From Obrimoposthia wandeli (taxonomy: Eukaryota), in contig CDROCS010001688.1 in the NCBI GenBank assembly GCA_977020255.1, positions 248,001 through 311,615 on the forward strand: a DNA stretch of 63,615 bases, written 5' to 3'. Numbering within the stretch: the first letter of the stretch is position 1; every line of letters starts with the position of its first letter. This document shows positions 1 to 10,693 of this stretch, piece after piece. The translations under genes and the position numbers were made by a program. The notes beneath the pieces were generated by a model, which did not search any database, had not been told where the DNA came from, and saw nothing but the letters and a program-made list of their open reading frames with translations.

Positions 1-25
1 CTCCTGTTCCTAAAAAAGCATAATC

Positions 26-1132
26 ATGACTAACATTAACCAAGAAAGATTGATCGAACATTTCATCGAGCTTATTAAGATCAACAGTGAATCCCAAAAC
101 GAGAAAGCTATCGCTGAAACCCTTGCAGAACAACTGGGTGGCATTGGCTTCGACGTCACTAAATTACCAGTACCTGAAAATATTTCTAATGGCTTCAATA
201 TTTACGCAACTCTACCTGGCTCGCTTGAAGGGAGTATTGCACTGAGTTGTCACATGGATACCGTTACACCAGGTAATGACATAGAACCGATTATCGTCGA
301 TGGTATTATCAGTTCGAAGGGTGACACAATTCTTGGTGGTGATGATAAGTCAGGTATTGCCGCTATTATGGAAGCTGTTCGTTGTATCAAAGCTAACGAT
401 GTAGCCCATAAAACGATCGAAATTGCCTTCACCGTCTATGAAGAAGGTGGTTTACACGGTTCGAAGCACTTTGACATGTCATTCGTTAAATCGACAGAAG
501 CGATTGTACTTGATTCAGGCGGCCCTATTGGCACCATTATTACAACGGCACCGGGTCAACAGAACCTGAAGATCAATATCAAAGGTAAACCTGCCCACGC
601 TGGTTTAGCCCCTGAAACGGGAATCAATGCCCTAACCGTAGCTGCCGATGCAATTAGCCAGATGAAGCTATCTCGTATTGATGCAGAAACAACAGCAAAC
701 ATTGGTGTTGTTCAAGGTGGTCAAGCCACTAACATTGTAATGCCTGCTTTGTATATTGAAGCTGAAGCGCGTTCTTTGAATGATGTGAAATTAGCGAACC
801 AAGTTGAACACATGGTTACGACATTTGAAGCGGCAGCTGAAAAGCACGGTGCACAGATCGATATCGTATCAACTCGCGCATATAACGCTTATAACATTGA
901 TGATAACGACGTTTTTATTGATGGTATTAAAGCCGCTTTTTCAGCTAATGGTGTAGAGCCTAAAACCAATTCAACAGGTGGTGGCAGCGATGCAAATATC
1001 TTCAATGAAAAAGGCTTAAAAACAGTTAACCTTTCGACTGGTATGGCAAAAGTACATACTACTGAAGAATTTATCGCCATTGCTGATATGGTAAGCATCA
1101 CTGACTTTATGTATACCTATTTAACGCGCTAA
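26..1132 (+). CDS. M20 family metallopeptidase (peptidase T-like)
   Basis: 368 aa; M20 motifs CHMDTV, GGDDKSG, EEGGL, KPAHAG, HTTEE. Confidence 0.9.
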   Translation: MTNINQERLIEHFIELIKINSESQNEKAIAETLAEQLGGIGFDVTKLPVPENISNGFNIYATLPGSLEGSIALSCHMDTVTPGNDIEPIIVDGIISSKGDTILGGDDKSGIAAIMEAVRCIKANDVAHKTIEIAFTVYEEGGLHGSKHFDMSFVKSTEAIVLDSGGPIGTIITTAPGQQNLKINIKGKPAHAGLAPETGINALTVAADAISQMKLSRIDAETTANIGVVQGGQATNIVMPALYIEAEARSLNDVKLANQVEHMVTTFEAAAEKHGAQIDIVSTRAYNAYNIDDNDVFIDGIKAAFSANGVEPKTNSTGGGSDANIFNEKGLKTVNLSTGMAKVHTTEEFIAIADMVSITDFMYTYLTR

Positions 1133-1168
1133 TTCGCCGTTAAATCTACATAAGCAAACGAGATTAAT

Positions 1169-1212
1169 AAACCGGACAGGCTAGAATAAAACTCGGTGTC
1201 CGGTTTTTCTTT
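1169..1212. terminator. Putative intrinsic terminator between convergent genes
   Basis: Inverted repeat aaaccggaca/tgtccggttt followed by a T-rich run. Confidence 0.6.
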
Positions 1213-1245
1213 TCAATGAATATACGACTAATACATCTAATACAT

Positions 1246-1815
1246 CTAACCTTGCAACGTTTGCAGCTCGCGGTAAGAACGATGTTCAAGTTGTGTATCA
1301 TTCAACCCTAGCTTTGCCGCCAGATCGAGTAGTTCTTGCTTATATTGCGCTAACATTAATTCATCATCAGTCATGATAGCCAGTTCAGCAAAATCCCCCA
1401 GCCCTTCAAGGTGATCAACGGTTGCGTGAAATTTTCCGATAAAGTAGATGCTTCGCGTTTTCTTCAATTCTAAAACCAGATTAGAACCCATCGTTAACAG
1501 CATGCTTTTTGCTTTATCGCTATCAGAAATATCTACCGCTTCACACCGATCGGCTTCAGGGCCTTTTACAATCCACAATTTAATACCTGAAGGCTGCATA
1601 TTGCGAATACAAACACTCTTATTTTGGTCTTTTAGCGGGCTGCCTACAAAGTCAAAATAACAATCATGTTCAAGGTTATCTTCCAACATAACCTCTGGGT
1701 TCATGGCCTGTAAATAAGCTAAGAACTGATTTTTTGATGTTAATCGGTATTTTAGCTCGACTTCGTATTTGCCTTTAAAGTGTTCTGTCATGCTGCGATC
1801 CATTGAAAATAACAT
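1246..1815 (-). CDS. CYTH-domain protein (class IV adenylate cyclase / triphosphate tunnel metalloenzyme family)
   Basis: EVELKY N-terminal motif, KTRSIY, DHLEGLGDFAEL, SYREL. Confidence 0.88.
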   Translation of the reverse strand: MLFSMDRSMTEHFKGKYEVELKYRLTSKNQFLAYLQAMNPEVMLEDNLEHDCYFDFVGSPLKDQNKSVCIRNMQPSGIKLWIVKGPEADRCEAVDISDSDKAKSMLLTMGSNLVLELKKTRSIYFIGKFHATVDHLEGLGDFAELAIMTDDELMLAQYKQELLDLAAKLGLNDTQLEHRSYRELQTLQG

Positions 1816-1968
1816 TAGTAATATGGCGCGACGATTATAGCCTGAAATCTGATTTATAACGTAAAGCCAAATTGTGATACACGATATTACATCAGGACAT
1901 GATTAAAACTATATAGTGAATGGCTCTTTGTGTATTATCAGCAACTTTATATTTAAAGGATTAATATA

Positions 1969-2817
1969 ATGAAAGCCCTTATGGCTCTGTTTTTATTAGG
2001 CATCAGCTGTGTAAGCTATGCACAAACGTTTACATTTACCGCAATTCCTGATGAAGACGAAAACCGATTGCGAGAACGCTTTGATAAAGTAGCCGCCTAT
2101 TTAAGTGAAGAAACTGGTGTCGATGTTAAGTATGTTCCAGTCAAATCTTATGCTGCGGCTGTAACTGCCTTTAGAAACAACCAAGTACAACTGGCGTGGT
2201 TTGGTGGCCTTTCTGGTGTGCACGCTCGCCAACTCGTACCCGGTTCTGAAGCAATAGCACAAGGGTATGAAGATCAGTTTTTTAAAACATACTTCATTGC
2301 GCATACATCAACGGGGCTAAAAAAATCTGACGATTTCCCTGCAGATATCGCAAATAAAACCTTCACTTTTGGCTCTAAAGGTTCGACATCGGGTCGTTTG
2401 ATGCCTGAATATTACCTGCGTGAGTTTTTCAAAAAATCACCTCAAAAAGTATTTAAGCGTGTTGGTTTCTCTGGCGACCACAGTCGTACAATCGCCCAAG
2501 TACAATCTGGTGCTTACCTCGTTGGCGCTGTGAACTATAAAGTGTGGGAAAATGAACTGAAAGCTGGGAAAATAGATAGCAACAAAATCTCTATTATTTG
2601 GGAAACCCCTACTTATCCTGATTATCAGTGGACGATCAGAGGTGATGTTAACGAGCAGTTTGGTGCCGATTTCAAACAAAAAGTAACACAAGCATTACTT
2701 GAAATGAACGACCCAGAGTTACTGGCTAGCTTTCCTCGTCAAAGTTTCATTCCAGCAAGTAACAAAGATTTTGAACCCGTTGAAAATGTTGCGCGTTCTA
2801 TCGGTATTATTGATTAA
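1969..2817 (+). CDS. PhnD-like ABC substrate-binding protein (phosphonate / putative selenate subfamily)
   Basis: Signal peptide; [29 protein letters not shown] motifs. Confidence 0.85.
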   Translation: MKALMALFLLGISCVSYAQTFTFTAIPDEDENRLRERFDKVAAYLSEETGVDVKYVPVKSYAAAVTAFRNNQVQLAWFGGLSGVHARQLVPGSEAIAQGYEDQFFKTYFIAHTSTGLKKSDDFPADIANKTFTFGSKGSTSGRLMPEYYLREFFKKSPQKVFKRVGFSGDHSRTIAQVQSGAYLVGAVNYKVWENELKAGKIDSNKISIIWETPTYPDYQWTIRGDVNEQFGADFKQKVTQALLEMNDPELLASFPRQSFIPASNKDFEPVENVARSIGIID

Positions 2818-3467
2818 TGGCGTTATTAGAACTTAAAAATGCAGAACTGGGTTATGATCATAACCCAGTTCTTCGTAATATCTCGTTATCCATTGAAAGC
2901 GGCGAAAAAGTTGCGCTTATCGGCCCTAGTGGTGCGGGTAAATCGACGTTACTCAATCAGTTACATTCTCTTATTCACGAAGAAACCGCCCTATGCCCGC
3001 AAAGCCATGGCCTAGTAGGACCACTAAGCCTCTATAACAATATTTATATGGCGCGGTTAGAACAATTCAACGTTTTCCAAAATGTATTAAACCTTATCAA
3101 GCCTCACCAATGGAACGAGGTCGCTGCAATTGCGGATACGTTAGGCTTGCGCGATAAAATGAAAACGTCAGTCGATAAACTATCAGGAGGTCAACGCCAG
3201 CGGGTCGCAATTGGTCGTGCTTTATACCGTAATAAGCCTGTATTTATGGGTGACGAACCCGTCTCAAGCCTTGACCCCTTACAAGCACAATCACTGCTTT
3301 CATATATTTGTGACTCTCACCATACCCTTATTGTCGCGATTCATGACAGGCACCTCGCACTAAGCTGTTTTGACCGTATTATTGGTCTTAAAAACGGTAG
3401 AATTGAATTTGATAAACCCAGTAATCAGCTCGATATTGCGGCACTCAATACCCTATACCGATCATAA
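2817..3467 (+). CDS. ABC transporter ATP-binding subunit (PhnC-like)
   Basis: Walker A GPSGAGKS, signature [13 protein letters not shown]; start overlaps the upstream stop. Confidence 0.92.
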   Translation: MALLELKNAELGYDHNPVLRNISLSIESGEKVALIGPSGAGKSTLLNQLHSLIHEETALCPQSHGLVGPLSLYNNIYMARLEQFNVFQNVLNLIKPHQWNEVAAIADTLGLRDKMKTSVDKLSGGQRQRVAIGRALYRNKPVFMGDEPVSSLDPLQAQSLLSYICDSHHTLIVAIHDRHLALSCFDRIIGLKNGRIEFDKPSNQLDIAALNTLYRS

Positions 3468-4987
3468 TGAACAGTTCTGGTTATGCTCAGGGTAAACTGA
3501 GTTTCATCTTTGTTATTACCGCATTAGCATTGACCCTATCAGCCGATTTAGAAATCTCAACTATCGACCCATGGACAGAAATGGGCAGGATGTTTCTGGG
3601 TTTTGTCACTCCCGATTTCTTTGCCACCGAATATATCTTTGACGCGCTATGTTTTACAGTAAGCATCGCATTGCTGGGGGTTACATTTGGGGCTTTCTTT
3701 GGCTTTTTTCTTGCGTTGGTTTTCGAATACCGAATTGTACGGGTATTTTGTGCATTCTTTCGTTCCATTCATGAGTTGTTCTGGGCATTAATCTTTTTGC
3801 AACTGTTTGGATTAGACCCTCTAACAGCCTTATGTGCCATATCGCTTCCTTATGCTTGCACATTTGCCAAAGTCTACGCCGAGATATTTGAACAAGCGGA
3901 CACAACCCCAGCCAAAACCGTTTCCAAAAAAGCAGATATTCTCAGTGTATTTGTTTATACAAAGCTTTCACTGGTTAAAAACCAATTGATTAGCTATACC
4001 CGCTACCGTTTTGAATGTGCTTTGCGTTCTAGCACCATACTCGGATTCGTTGGCATACCGACTTTAGGCTTTCATTTAGAAAGTGCGTTCAGCCAAGGGA
4101 ATTATTCTCAAGCTGGTGCTTTGCTATTGCTATTCTACCTCTTAATTATCTCAATTAACGTCTGGTTAAAAGCAAAACTATTACCCATTTATATTGCCGC
4201 TGCATGGTTTTATCTACCGGCATTCGGACAAGTTAATTGGGATAACTTTACTCGGTTCTTTGGCTCAGATATTTGGCCATCGCCACTGCGCTATGCAGCA
4301 GATATTGATCTAAATGTGATAAACGAAACCCTGCATTGGTATTGGTCGTTATTAACCGGTGAAGTCTTTGAAGGTATCGTGAATACACTGATTCTGACGC
4401 AGCTTGCACTGGTTGTTACTGGCATTATCGCACTGCTCGTATTCCCTTTAACCGTCAATTTCTTTGTTGGATTTACCGGTCGAATAATGGGTAAAGGAAT
4501 CTTAGTTGTATTACGTTCGACGCCAGAAATGATCCTCGCGTTTATTTTCTTATTATTGCTCGGGCCTTCAATGCTACCTGCCGTATTAGCGCTCGCGATT
4601 CATAACGGTGGATTAATTGGTTTTTTACTTGCTGAACTTGCCAATGCCCTGAAATTACGCCCAGATTCCCCACTCCAACATAACGGAATCAATAGTGGCA
4701 GGGTCATCAAAGGGCACGCAATTTCACTGTATTTCTATGAAGTACTACCCAGAATATACAGTAGCTTTCTCGCTTTTATCTTCTATCGATGGGAAGTCAT
4801 CATGCGGGAAACTGCAATATTAGGGGTATTGGGGGTAACAACACTCGGTTTTTATATCGACTCGGCTTTTGAAGAGATGCGGTTTGATCGGGCTATCTTT
4901 TACATCATCATCACAGCATTACTCTGTATTGGTATTGATTCTCTTTCACGCCATATTCGTAAAAAGCTAAACGTAAAGGCAGCGTAA
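3467..4987 (+). CDS. ABC permease with two fused PhnE-like domains
   Basis: Duplicated EAA-type motifs (RFECALRSSTILGFVG and RWEVIMRETAILGVLG); multiple TM segments. Confidence 0.88.
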   Translation: MNSSGYAQGKLSFIFVITALALTLSADLEISTIDPWTEMGRMFLGFVTPDFFATEYIFDALCFTVSIALLGVTFGAFFGFFLALVFEYRIVRVFCAFFRSIHELFWALIFLQLFGLDPLTALCAISLPYACTFAKVYAEIFEQADTTPAKTVSKKADILSVFVYTKLSLVKNQLISYTRYRFECALRSSTILGFVGIPTLGFHLESAFSQGNYSQAGALLLLFYLLIISINVWLKAKLLPIYIAAAWFYLPAFGQVNWDNFTRFFGSDIWPSPLRYAADIDLNVINETLHWYWSLLTGEVFEGIVNTLILTQLALVVTGIIALLVFPLTVNFFVGFTGRIMGKGILVVLRSTPEMILAFIFLLLLGPSMLPAVLALAIHNGGLIGFLLAELANALKLRPDSPLQHNGINSGRVIKGHAISLYFYEVLPRIYSSFLAFIFYRWEVIMRETAILGVLGVTTLGFYIDSAFEEMRFDRAIFYIIITALLCIGIDSLSRHIRKKLNVKAA

Positions 4988-5028
4988 AAGTTACGAGATA
5001 AAATGTAAGCTAAATCTTATTAACAACA

Positions 5029-5058
5029 AATGGCGTAACCCTATAAGGTTACGCCATT
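5029..5058. terminator. Hairpin, probable bidirectional terminator
   Basis: aatggcgtaacc-ctataa-ggttacgccatt, perfect 12-bp stem between convergent operons. Confidence 0.7.
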
Positions 5059-5139
5059 ACTGTATGAACCAACTTTATATGACCATGTACAAGATTCGTC
5101 TAGTACATGGCTCACTCAGTTCAGTACACACTTAATCAC

Positions 5140-6546
5140 TTAACCCATTACAACGCCCAAGCTTAGTAACGCCATTACCATCAAACTCAGTATACCTATT
5201 AAAGGGCCTATGAATTTAAGCCAAGATGAATATGCTACACGGCCAATCGCTAAGCCCCCCATTACCACACCCGATGTTGGCGTCACTAAATTAGGTAAAC
5301 CAGATGCTGACTGAAAAGCCGTTACAACAAGCTCACGTCCCACCCCTGCAAAATCTGCTAACGGCGCAAGTACTGGCATAGAAAGAACAGCCAAACCAGA
5401 AGATGACGGAACAACAAGACAAAGTACCGCTTCAATCCAATAAATCGCATTAATGAAGGCGATTTCATGTAAACCACCTAAAAGACCTTCAGCATAATTC
5501 AAAATAGTGTGCGTGATATTGCCATTATCCATCACGACCACTAAACCGCGAGCAATGGCGATGATTAAGGCGACACCCAGTAAATCTCGTGCACCTTCAA
5601 TGAAACTATCGGTAATTTCAACTTCAGATAAACGACCAACAAAACCAACGATGATACTTGCACCAATAAATAGCGCAGATAGTTCAGCCATCCACCAGCC
5701 TGCGATAGAAACACCCCACATCATGACGGCAAACGTTAGACCGAATATGGCCAATACTGCTTTACGAATACCTGTAAGCTCTGGCGCTTGTTGTTCTTTA
5801 CTGTGTAAAAAATGGCGTTCATTGTCTTCTTTTTGATGAGCAACGAGTGACGCTGATGGGTCATGCTTTACCTTAGCGGCATAACGCATCACATAAACTA
5901 CACAAACGATCCAGCCTAATGCGAGAATAACGGCACGTAAAACAATGCCTTCCATAAAATTGATTTCAGCCGCATTCGATGCAATAACCGTTGCAAATGG
6001 GTTAATGGTTGAACCTAAGCAACCAATACCGGCTCCCACCATAATGATGGCGACACCGACGATACTGTCATAGCCCGCGGCAATCATGACTGGGATTAAC
6101 AAAGCATAGAAAGGAATAGTTTCTTCCGCCATACCATAAACCGTTCCACCCATTGCAAATAATCCCATAAGAATAGGAATCATCCACTTTTCACGTCCAC
6201 CTAAACGCGTCATTGTACCGGCAATACCCGCATCAATCGCACCTGTACGGGTAACTACGGCAAGGAATCCGCCAATGACCAATACAAATAATGCAACATC
6301 AACAGCACGCGCAGCGTAACTGGCAGGATCATAGAAACCTTGAATCGGTGCCATTAATACTTCAACAATACCCTGCGGATTAGCGGCAACTGTTTCAAAT
6401 GAACCGACTAACGGAACCATTTTACCGAGGGTTTCATTCATTACCATTTGGTATTGGCCAGCAGGAATGATCCAAGTTAGCGCGGCCATTAAAACGGTTA
6501 AAATCATTAAAATTGTGTAGGCAGAGGGAAACTTAAATTTCATCAT
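5140..6546 (-). CDS. YfcC/DcuC-family (ArcD-like basic amino acid) transporter
   Basis: KFPSAYTIL start, MAEETIPF, STINPFAT, PSSSG, TPTSGVVMGGL motifs. Confidence 0.88.
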   Translation of the reverse strand: MMKFKFPSAYTILMILTVLMAALTWIIPAGQYQMVMNETLGKMVPLVGSFETVAANPQGIVEVLMAPIQGFYDPASYAARAVDVALFVLVIGGFLAVVTRTGAIDAGIAGTMTRLGGREKWMIPILMGLFAMGGTVYGMAEETIPFYALLIPVMIAAGYDSIVGVAIIMVGAGIGCLGSTINPFATVIASNAAEINFMEGIVLRAVILALGWIVCVVYVMRYAAKVKHDPSASLVAHQKEDNERHFLHSKEQQAPELTGIRKAVLAIFGLTFAVMMWGVSIAGWWMAELSALFIGASIIVGFVGRLSEVEITDSFIEGARDLLGVALIIAIARGLVVVMDNGNITHTILNYAEGLLGGLHEIAFINAIYWIEAVLCLVVPSSSGLAVLSMPVLAPLADFAGVGRELVVTAFQSASGLPNLVTPTSGVVMGGLAIGRVAYSSWLKFIGPLIGILSLMVMALLSLGVVMG

Positions 6547-6609
6547 TAGGATGTCCTTATTTAATGGGGCTTAATGCCCCATAATGTGGGTGGTATTCCA
6601 CCTTCTTAT

Positions 6610-7722
6610 TTATGCAACAAAGTCCATAATTTCTTTTACTGACATATCTGCGAGCCCCATTTTTTCTAAGGTGCGACCCTCTTTAAAATAGTCAGTGTCG
6701 TTATAGGCATTATCGATATGCAGACATGATGTCACGAGCGGTGTATTTACTCCTGTTAGTTGTCCCAACTCGTAACAAGGCACTAAAAGATAAGCGGCAT
6801 CTTCCGTGATATAACGATTAGAGGCTGAATTAGGGGCACTATTCAGTTTTCCATGTGTTTCTGATGTACGGTTCACTTCATACACATTTTCACATTGCAT
6901 GGCATATAGCGCATTCATAGCATCAAGCTCAGGGATTAATTTAAGCCCTAGTGCCTTACCAATTTGGATGCGTTCACTTTCCATTACTGCTGCTGCCTTT
7001 GCCGTTGAAATAGAACAGCAATCTTTGTAATAGTTAAACTGACCATCAAAGTTTTCAAGCAATCCCATACTCAAAGTTGTAAGTAGTGGATGCCCGCCAA
7101 AGTTGATGTTTTCTAAACCCGCATTAATAACATTATCAAGTTTTTTTAATGGTAATGGCATCACAGGTTGTAGCTTAGCGATAGCCTCCTCGGTTTTAGA
7201 GGCAGGAAAAGCGGCAACAGGTAGAAACTCTTTCATTCCCAGAATTGCGAGCTCTGCAGGACCAACAATACGGGTCGCCCATGGAATTGAGATTGCATCC
7301 ACAAAGGTGATATCGAGATCACCATAACCCTGTTCTGCTTTAATACGATTAAGCACTAATGAACCATAATTACCCGGCATTAACATCACTACTTGACCGT
7401 CACGCAAATGCGGCAACATCTCAATGAATAACGGTTCTTGTGCAAATGATGGGACAGGTAAAATAAGTAAATCAGAATACGCAACGGTTTCAGCTAAATC
7501 ACGACTAATGGCATCAATTGCTTGGAAACCAGCATAAGCCAATGGCACATCATTAAATGCACTTAATGCTTCAATACCGCCACGTTGTTCGATATCAGTA
7601 AGCGGTTGATCAAAACCCACAGCACCGTATAAACACACCTTCGCGCCATGTAATGAAAAGTGATACGCCGCGGTTAACCCTGCATTACCAGACCCAATGA
7701 TAGAGACTCGATTGGACATCAT
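6610..7722 (-). CDS. NAD/NADP octopine/nopaline (opine) dehydrogenase family protein
   Basis: Rossmann GSGNAG, LPVPSFAQ, NINFGGHP, RYITED..YLLVP typical of opine dehydrogenases. Confidence 0.85.
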   Translation of the reverse strand: MMSNRVSIIGSGNAGLTAAYHFSLHGAKVCLYGAVGFDQPLTDIEQRGGIEALSAFNDVPLAYAGFQAIDAISRDLAETVAYSDLLILPVPSFAQEPLFIEMLPHLRDGQVVMLMPGNYGSLVLNRIKAEQGYGDLDITFVDAISIPWATRIVGPAELAILGMKEFLPVAAFPASKTEEAIAKLQPVMPLPLKKLDNVINAGLENINFGGHPLLTTLSMGLLENFDGQFNYYKDCCSISTAKAAAVMESERIQIGKALGLKLIPELDAMNALYAMQCENVYEVNRTSETHGKLNSAPNSASNRYITEDAAYLLVPCYELGQLTGVNTPLVTSCLHIDNAYNDTDYFKEGRTLEKMGLADMSVKEIMDFVA

Positions 7723-7807
7723 TCTTCCTTATATTCTTGTTTGTTTGATCTTGAAACCAGACTAAGAAATACAATGAATGTTGACCAATGCTGAACCCTT
7801 TCAGTAC

Positions 7808-7824
7808 TATGCAAAAATGTAATA
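7808..7824. promoter_or_regulatory. Possible LysR recognition box upstream of the opine dehydrogenase
   Basis: TATGCAAAAATGTAATA, a partial dyad containing a T-N11-A core. Confidence 0.3.
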
Positions 7825-7901
7825 CTCTATAAACATATTAAGCGTAATATCATGATAATTATCAGATTTAATAAGGCACACACCTAACACACAATGCACG
7901 C

Positions 7902-8849
7902 TTAACTGTGATGTATCTCCGTATCATCATCGTTTAAGTCACGCATAGAGCCTATTTTTAAATAGATATTCATTTCATCTGCTAGCAACATAAACTGTTC
8001 AATGAACAGTTCAGCATGGCGATGAATCGGTTTAAGGGCAGGATATAAAATATCGAATTCAAAAGGCAGTAAGAACGTTAGCGGACGCATTACAACATCA
8101 CAATGCTCGCTCGCCATATGAGCCGTAAAGGGATCTGTAATGGCAATACCGACACCTTCACGCACCAATGCAGCAGCGGTACTCGCTAATGACACCTCAA
8201 TATGCTCGATAGTCGATAAATTATAACGGTGTAACAACTGATCAATACGCCGCTGGGTAATATCTTTTTCATGACGGATAAGCACCTGATTGGCAATATC
8301 ATGAATATCGATCGACATTTTATTTGCTAATGGTGATGACGCCGGCAACAAACACACGCATTCACTTTCTACTTTTTGTGCTTTAACACCCGCTAACTGC
8401 TCATCAATAAATGCAAAGCCAATATCCGTTGTTTGACTTTGTACCCGACGAACCACATCTTCAGAACGATATGTTTTAAAACCGACTTTCATTCTTGACG
8501 ATTGCTTTAAAAAAATCGCTAAAATACGTGGAAGAAAAGCATTTGATAACAAGGGCATCGCAGCAATATTTAAGCTGCCAAAACGATGTGAACGAATAGA
8601 ATCAGCGGCGCTATCAAGACCTGACACAGCCTCAAATACTTTAGCGACTTCTAAATAAAACGCTTCACCTTCGTCACTCAAGACTAAACGGTTGCCCTTA
8701 CGGATGAATAAATTAAAACCTAAACGTTGTTCAAGCCCTGAAAGCAGACGGCTTACAGCAGGTTGGCTTAAATTGAGTCGCTCTGCAGCGGCAGTAACCG
8801 TTTGGCATTCAATAACGGCTTTAAATGCATTCAATTGCGTTAATTTCAT
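7902..8849 (-). CDS. LysR transcriptional regulator, OccR/NocR-like subfamily
   Basis: HTH TVTAAAERLNLSQPAVSR; GSLNIAAMPLLSNAFLPRIL resembles the OccR segment as I recall it. Confidence 0.88.
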   Translation of the reverse strand: MKLTQLNAFKAVIECQTVTAAAERLNLSQPAVSRLLSGLEQRLGFNLFIRKGNRLVLSDEGEAFYLEVAKVFEAVSGLDSAADSIRSHRFGSLNIAAMPLLSNAFLPRILAIFLKQSSRMKVGFKTYRSEDVVRRVQSQTTDIGFAFIDEQLAGVKAQKVESECVCLLPASSPLANKMSIDIHDIANQVLIRHEKDITQRRIDQLLHRYNLSTIEHIEVSLASTAAALVREGVGIAITDPFTAHMASEHCDVVMRPLTFLLPFEFDILYPALKPIHRHAELFIEQFMLLADEMNIYLKIGSMRDLNDDDTEIHHS

Positions 8850-9096
8850 AGGAAGCGGGCTGTAATTTTTAGGTGACTAACGCTAACAGAACGGAACTAT
8901 AATTACATTGAAACAACCAATATATTTAGCGTATTGATTGATTTATTAGTACTGAAAGAACTCGTCATAACCTACTTAAATTCAATGGCTGACGTATTCA
9001 GCTAAAGTCTAATAGTCAAGAATGGAAATAGTTGTATGATATATACCTAAGCAGATTTAAGGATCTGAATTACAATACTTCAATAAGGACGATACT

Positions 9097-9636
9097 ATGC
9101 TTGATGCTAACAATACCGCGTTCGTGATCATTGATGTTCAAGGCAAGCTAGCTCAAATAATGGCCGATAAAGATACCCTATTCAGTAATTTAGAAACCAT
9201 GGTGAAAGGTGCTGCTATTCTCGACCTACCCACTCTTTGGGTTGAACAGTTACCCGATAAGCTCGGTGGTACTATTGCAGAAATTTCAGATAACCTTCCC
9301 AATAAAGAACCGATTGTGAAAAATACATTCAGCGCATACCAAACAGCTGAATTTGTCTCTGCATTAGAAGCAACGGGTTGCAAAAACGTGCTGGTTGTCG
9401 GTATTGAAGCGCATATTTGTGTGTATCAAACGGTGATGAATTTATTAGATGCCGGTTATGGCGTAGAAGTGATTACTGATGCTGTATCGTCAAGAAATGT
9501 ACAAAATAAGACGATTGCATTGAACAAAATGCAGCAAGCTGGCGCGCAGCTATCTTGTACTGAAATGGTGTTATTTGAATTACAAGCAGTGGCACAAGGT
9601 GAGCGATTCAAGCAGATATTGAAGATTATAAAGTAA
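9097..9636 (+). CDS. Isochorismatase/cysteine hydrolase family protein
   Basis: IIDVQGKL, KNTFSA, GIEAHICVYQT. Confidence 0.9.
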   Translation: MLDANNTAFVIIDVQGKLAQIMADKDTLFSNLETMVKGAAILDLPTLWVEQLPDKLGGTIAEISDNLPNKEPIVKNTFSAYQTAEFVSALEATGCKNVLVVGIEAHICVYQTVMNLLDAGYGVEVITDAVSSRNVQNKTIALNKMQQAGAQLSCTEMVLFELQAVAQGERFKQILKIIK

Positions 9637-9729
9637 TACGCTATGGCGTCATTATATTTATTGAGTCTCATTAAAAACGACCGGTTCAACGTTAAGGTGA
9701 GCCGATCGTTAAGTCACTTATTTTCAGTA

Positions 9730-10515
9730 TTAAACCAGCGTATAACCTACTGCCGCTAAGTACGATGAAAATAGCATTAAGGTTAGTGCAAAGGTCATAA
9801 CGCCTAAAGCTGGCTTACTGCGTGTTAACAGCGGCATTAGCCATACACCCACTCCCGCTAATAGCAAACCTAAACTCAATACCTGTGCAATGAATGGTCC
9901 GAATTCATTGTGGCTGTCGACACGTGCTGCAAGCTCACCCACTTGTGGTAATCCTGTTAGTAAGCAAACCACCGCAATCAAAGCACCAATAATTGGAAGA
10001 TAGCGATTTACCTCTTCGACTTTATGTTCAGCTTTCACTAATAAGGTATGAGCAAATAGCGTTCCGCCACACAATGTCGTGGCAATAAAATGACTGGCAA
10101 TTAACCATTGATCAATTCTAACGATTAAACCGTGAGTTAGGTAAGCTAAACCACTTACTAAGGTAACAATCAGTAACAGAGTTCTAAATCGATCAGAGCC
10201 AAACAAGTTTTTTTCAGCAAACCAATACACATTGGCTAGCACAAAAAATACCGTCACCATGAGTACTTCAGTACCAAATGTATAAACTGAGTAAGCTTGG
10301 TCAACCATTAAGCTTGCTTCACGTAACGTTAAAGCGACAAACAATAGCAGCCAAAATACAGGCATGGTTTTATGTACACGATCGCTTTGCCCAAAGCATA
10401 ATTTTCCGCTAAGAATGACAAATGCCAAGACAATAAAAGCACCTATTGTTACTTGTGTTAACGCGCTAGATAAGAGAAACGGCCAATCAGACCAATACAT
10501 GACACACCTCGTCAT
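9730..10515 (-). CDS. DmsC-like (DMSO reductase anchor family) membrane protein
   Basis: N-terminal WPFLLSSALTQVTIGAF resembles the DmsC start motif; about 8 TM helices. Confidence 0.6.
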   Translation of the reverse strand: MTRCVMYWSDWPFLLSSALTQVTIGAFIVLAFVILSGKLCFGQSDRVHKTMPVFWLLLFVALTLREASLMVDQAYSVYTFGTEVLMVTVFFVLANVYWFAEKNLFGSDRFRTLLLIVTLVSGLAYLTHGLIVRIDQWLIASHFIATTLCGGTLFAHTLLVKAEHKVEEVNRYLPIIGALIAVVCLLTGLPQVGELAARVDSHNEFGPFIAQVLSLGLLLAGVGVWLMPLLTRSKPALGVMTFALTLMLFSSYLAAVGYTLV

Positions 10516-10693
10516 TGTGCTATAGGCTGTTCATTTCAATGTAAACATTAAGACGGCATACATTGAAAATGAGAACTAGAAATAAAGCCAAGCATTTTGC
10601 CTGATTATGATAAGAGAAGCGAGAACACTCATGACTTTTAAGCCATAAGTGATTACCCGTTATGCTGTAACATACAAGTCGTCGACTTTCAGG

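Noticed and set aside
1228-1249. 9-bp tandem repeat CTAATACAT at the CYTH stop
   Set aside because: Only about 2.4 units; affects at most the last codon; likely a trivial slippage duplication.
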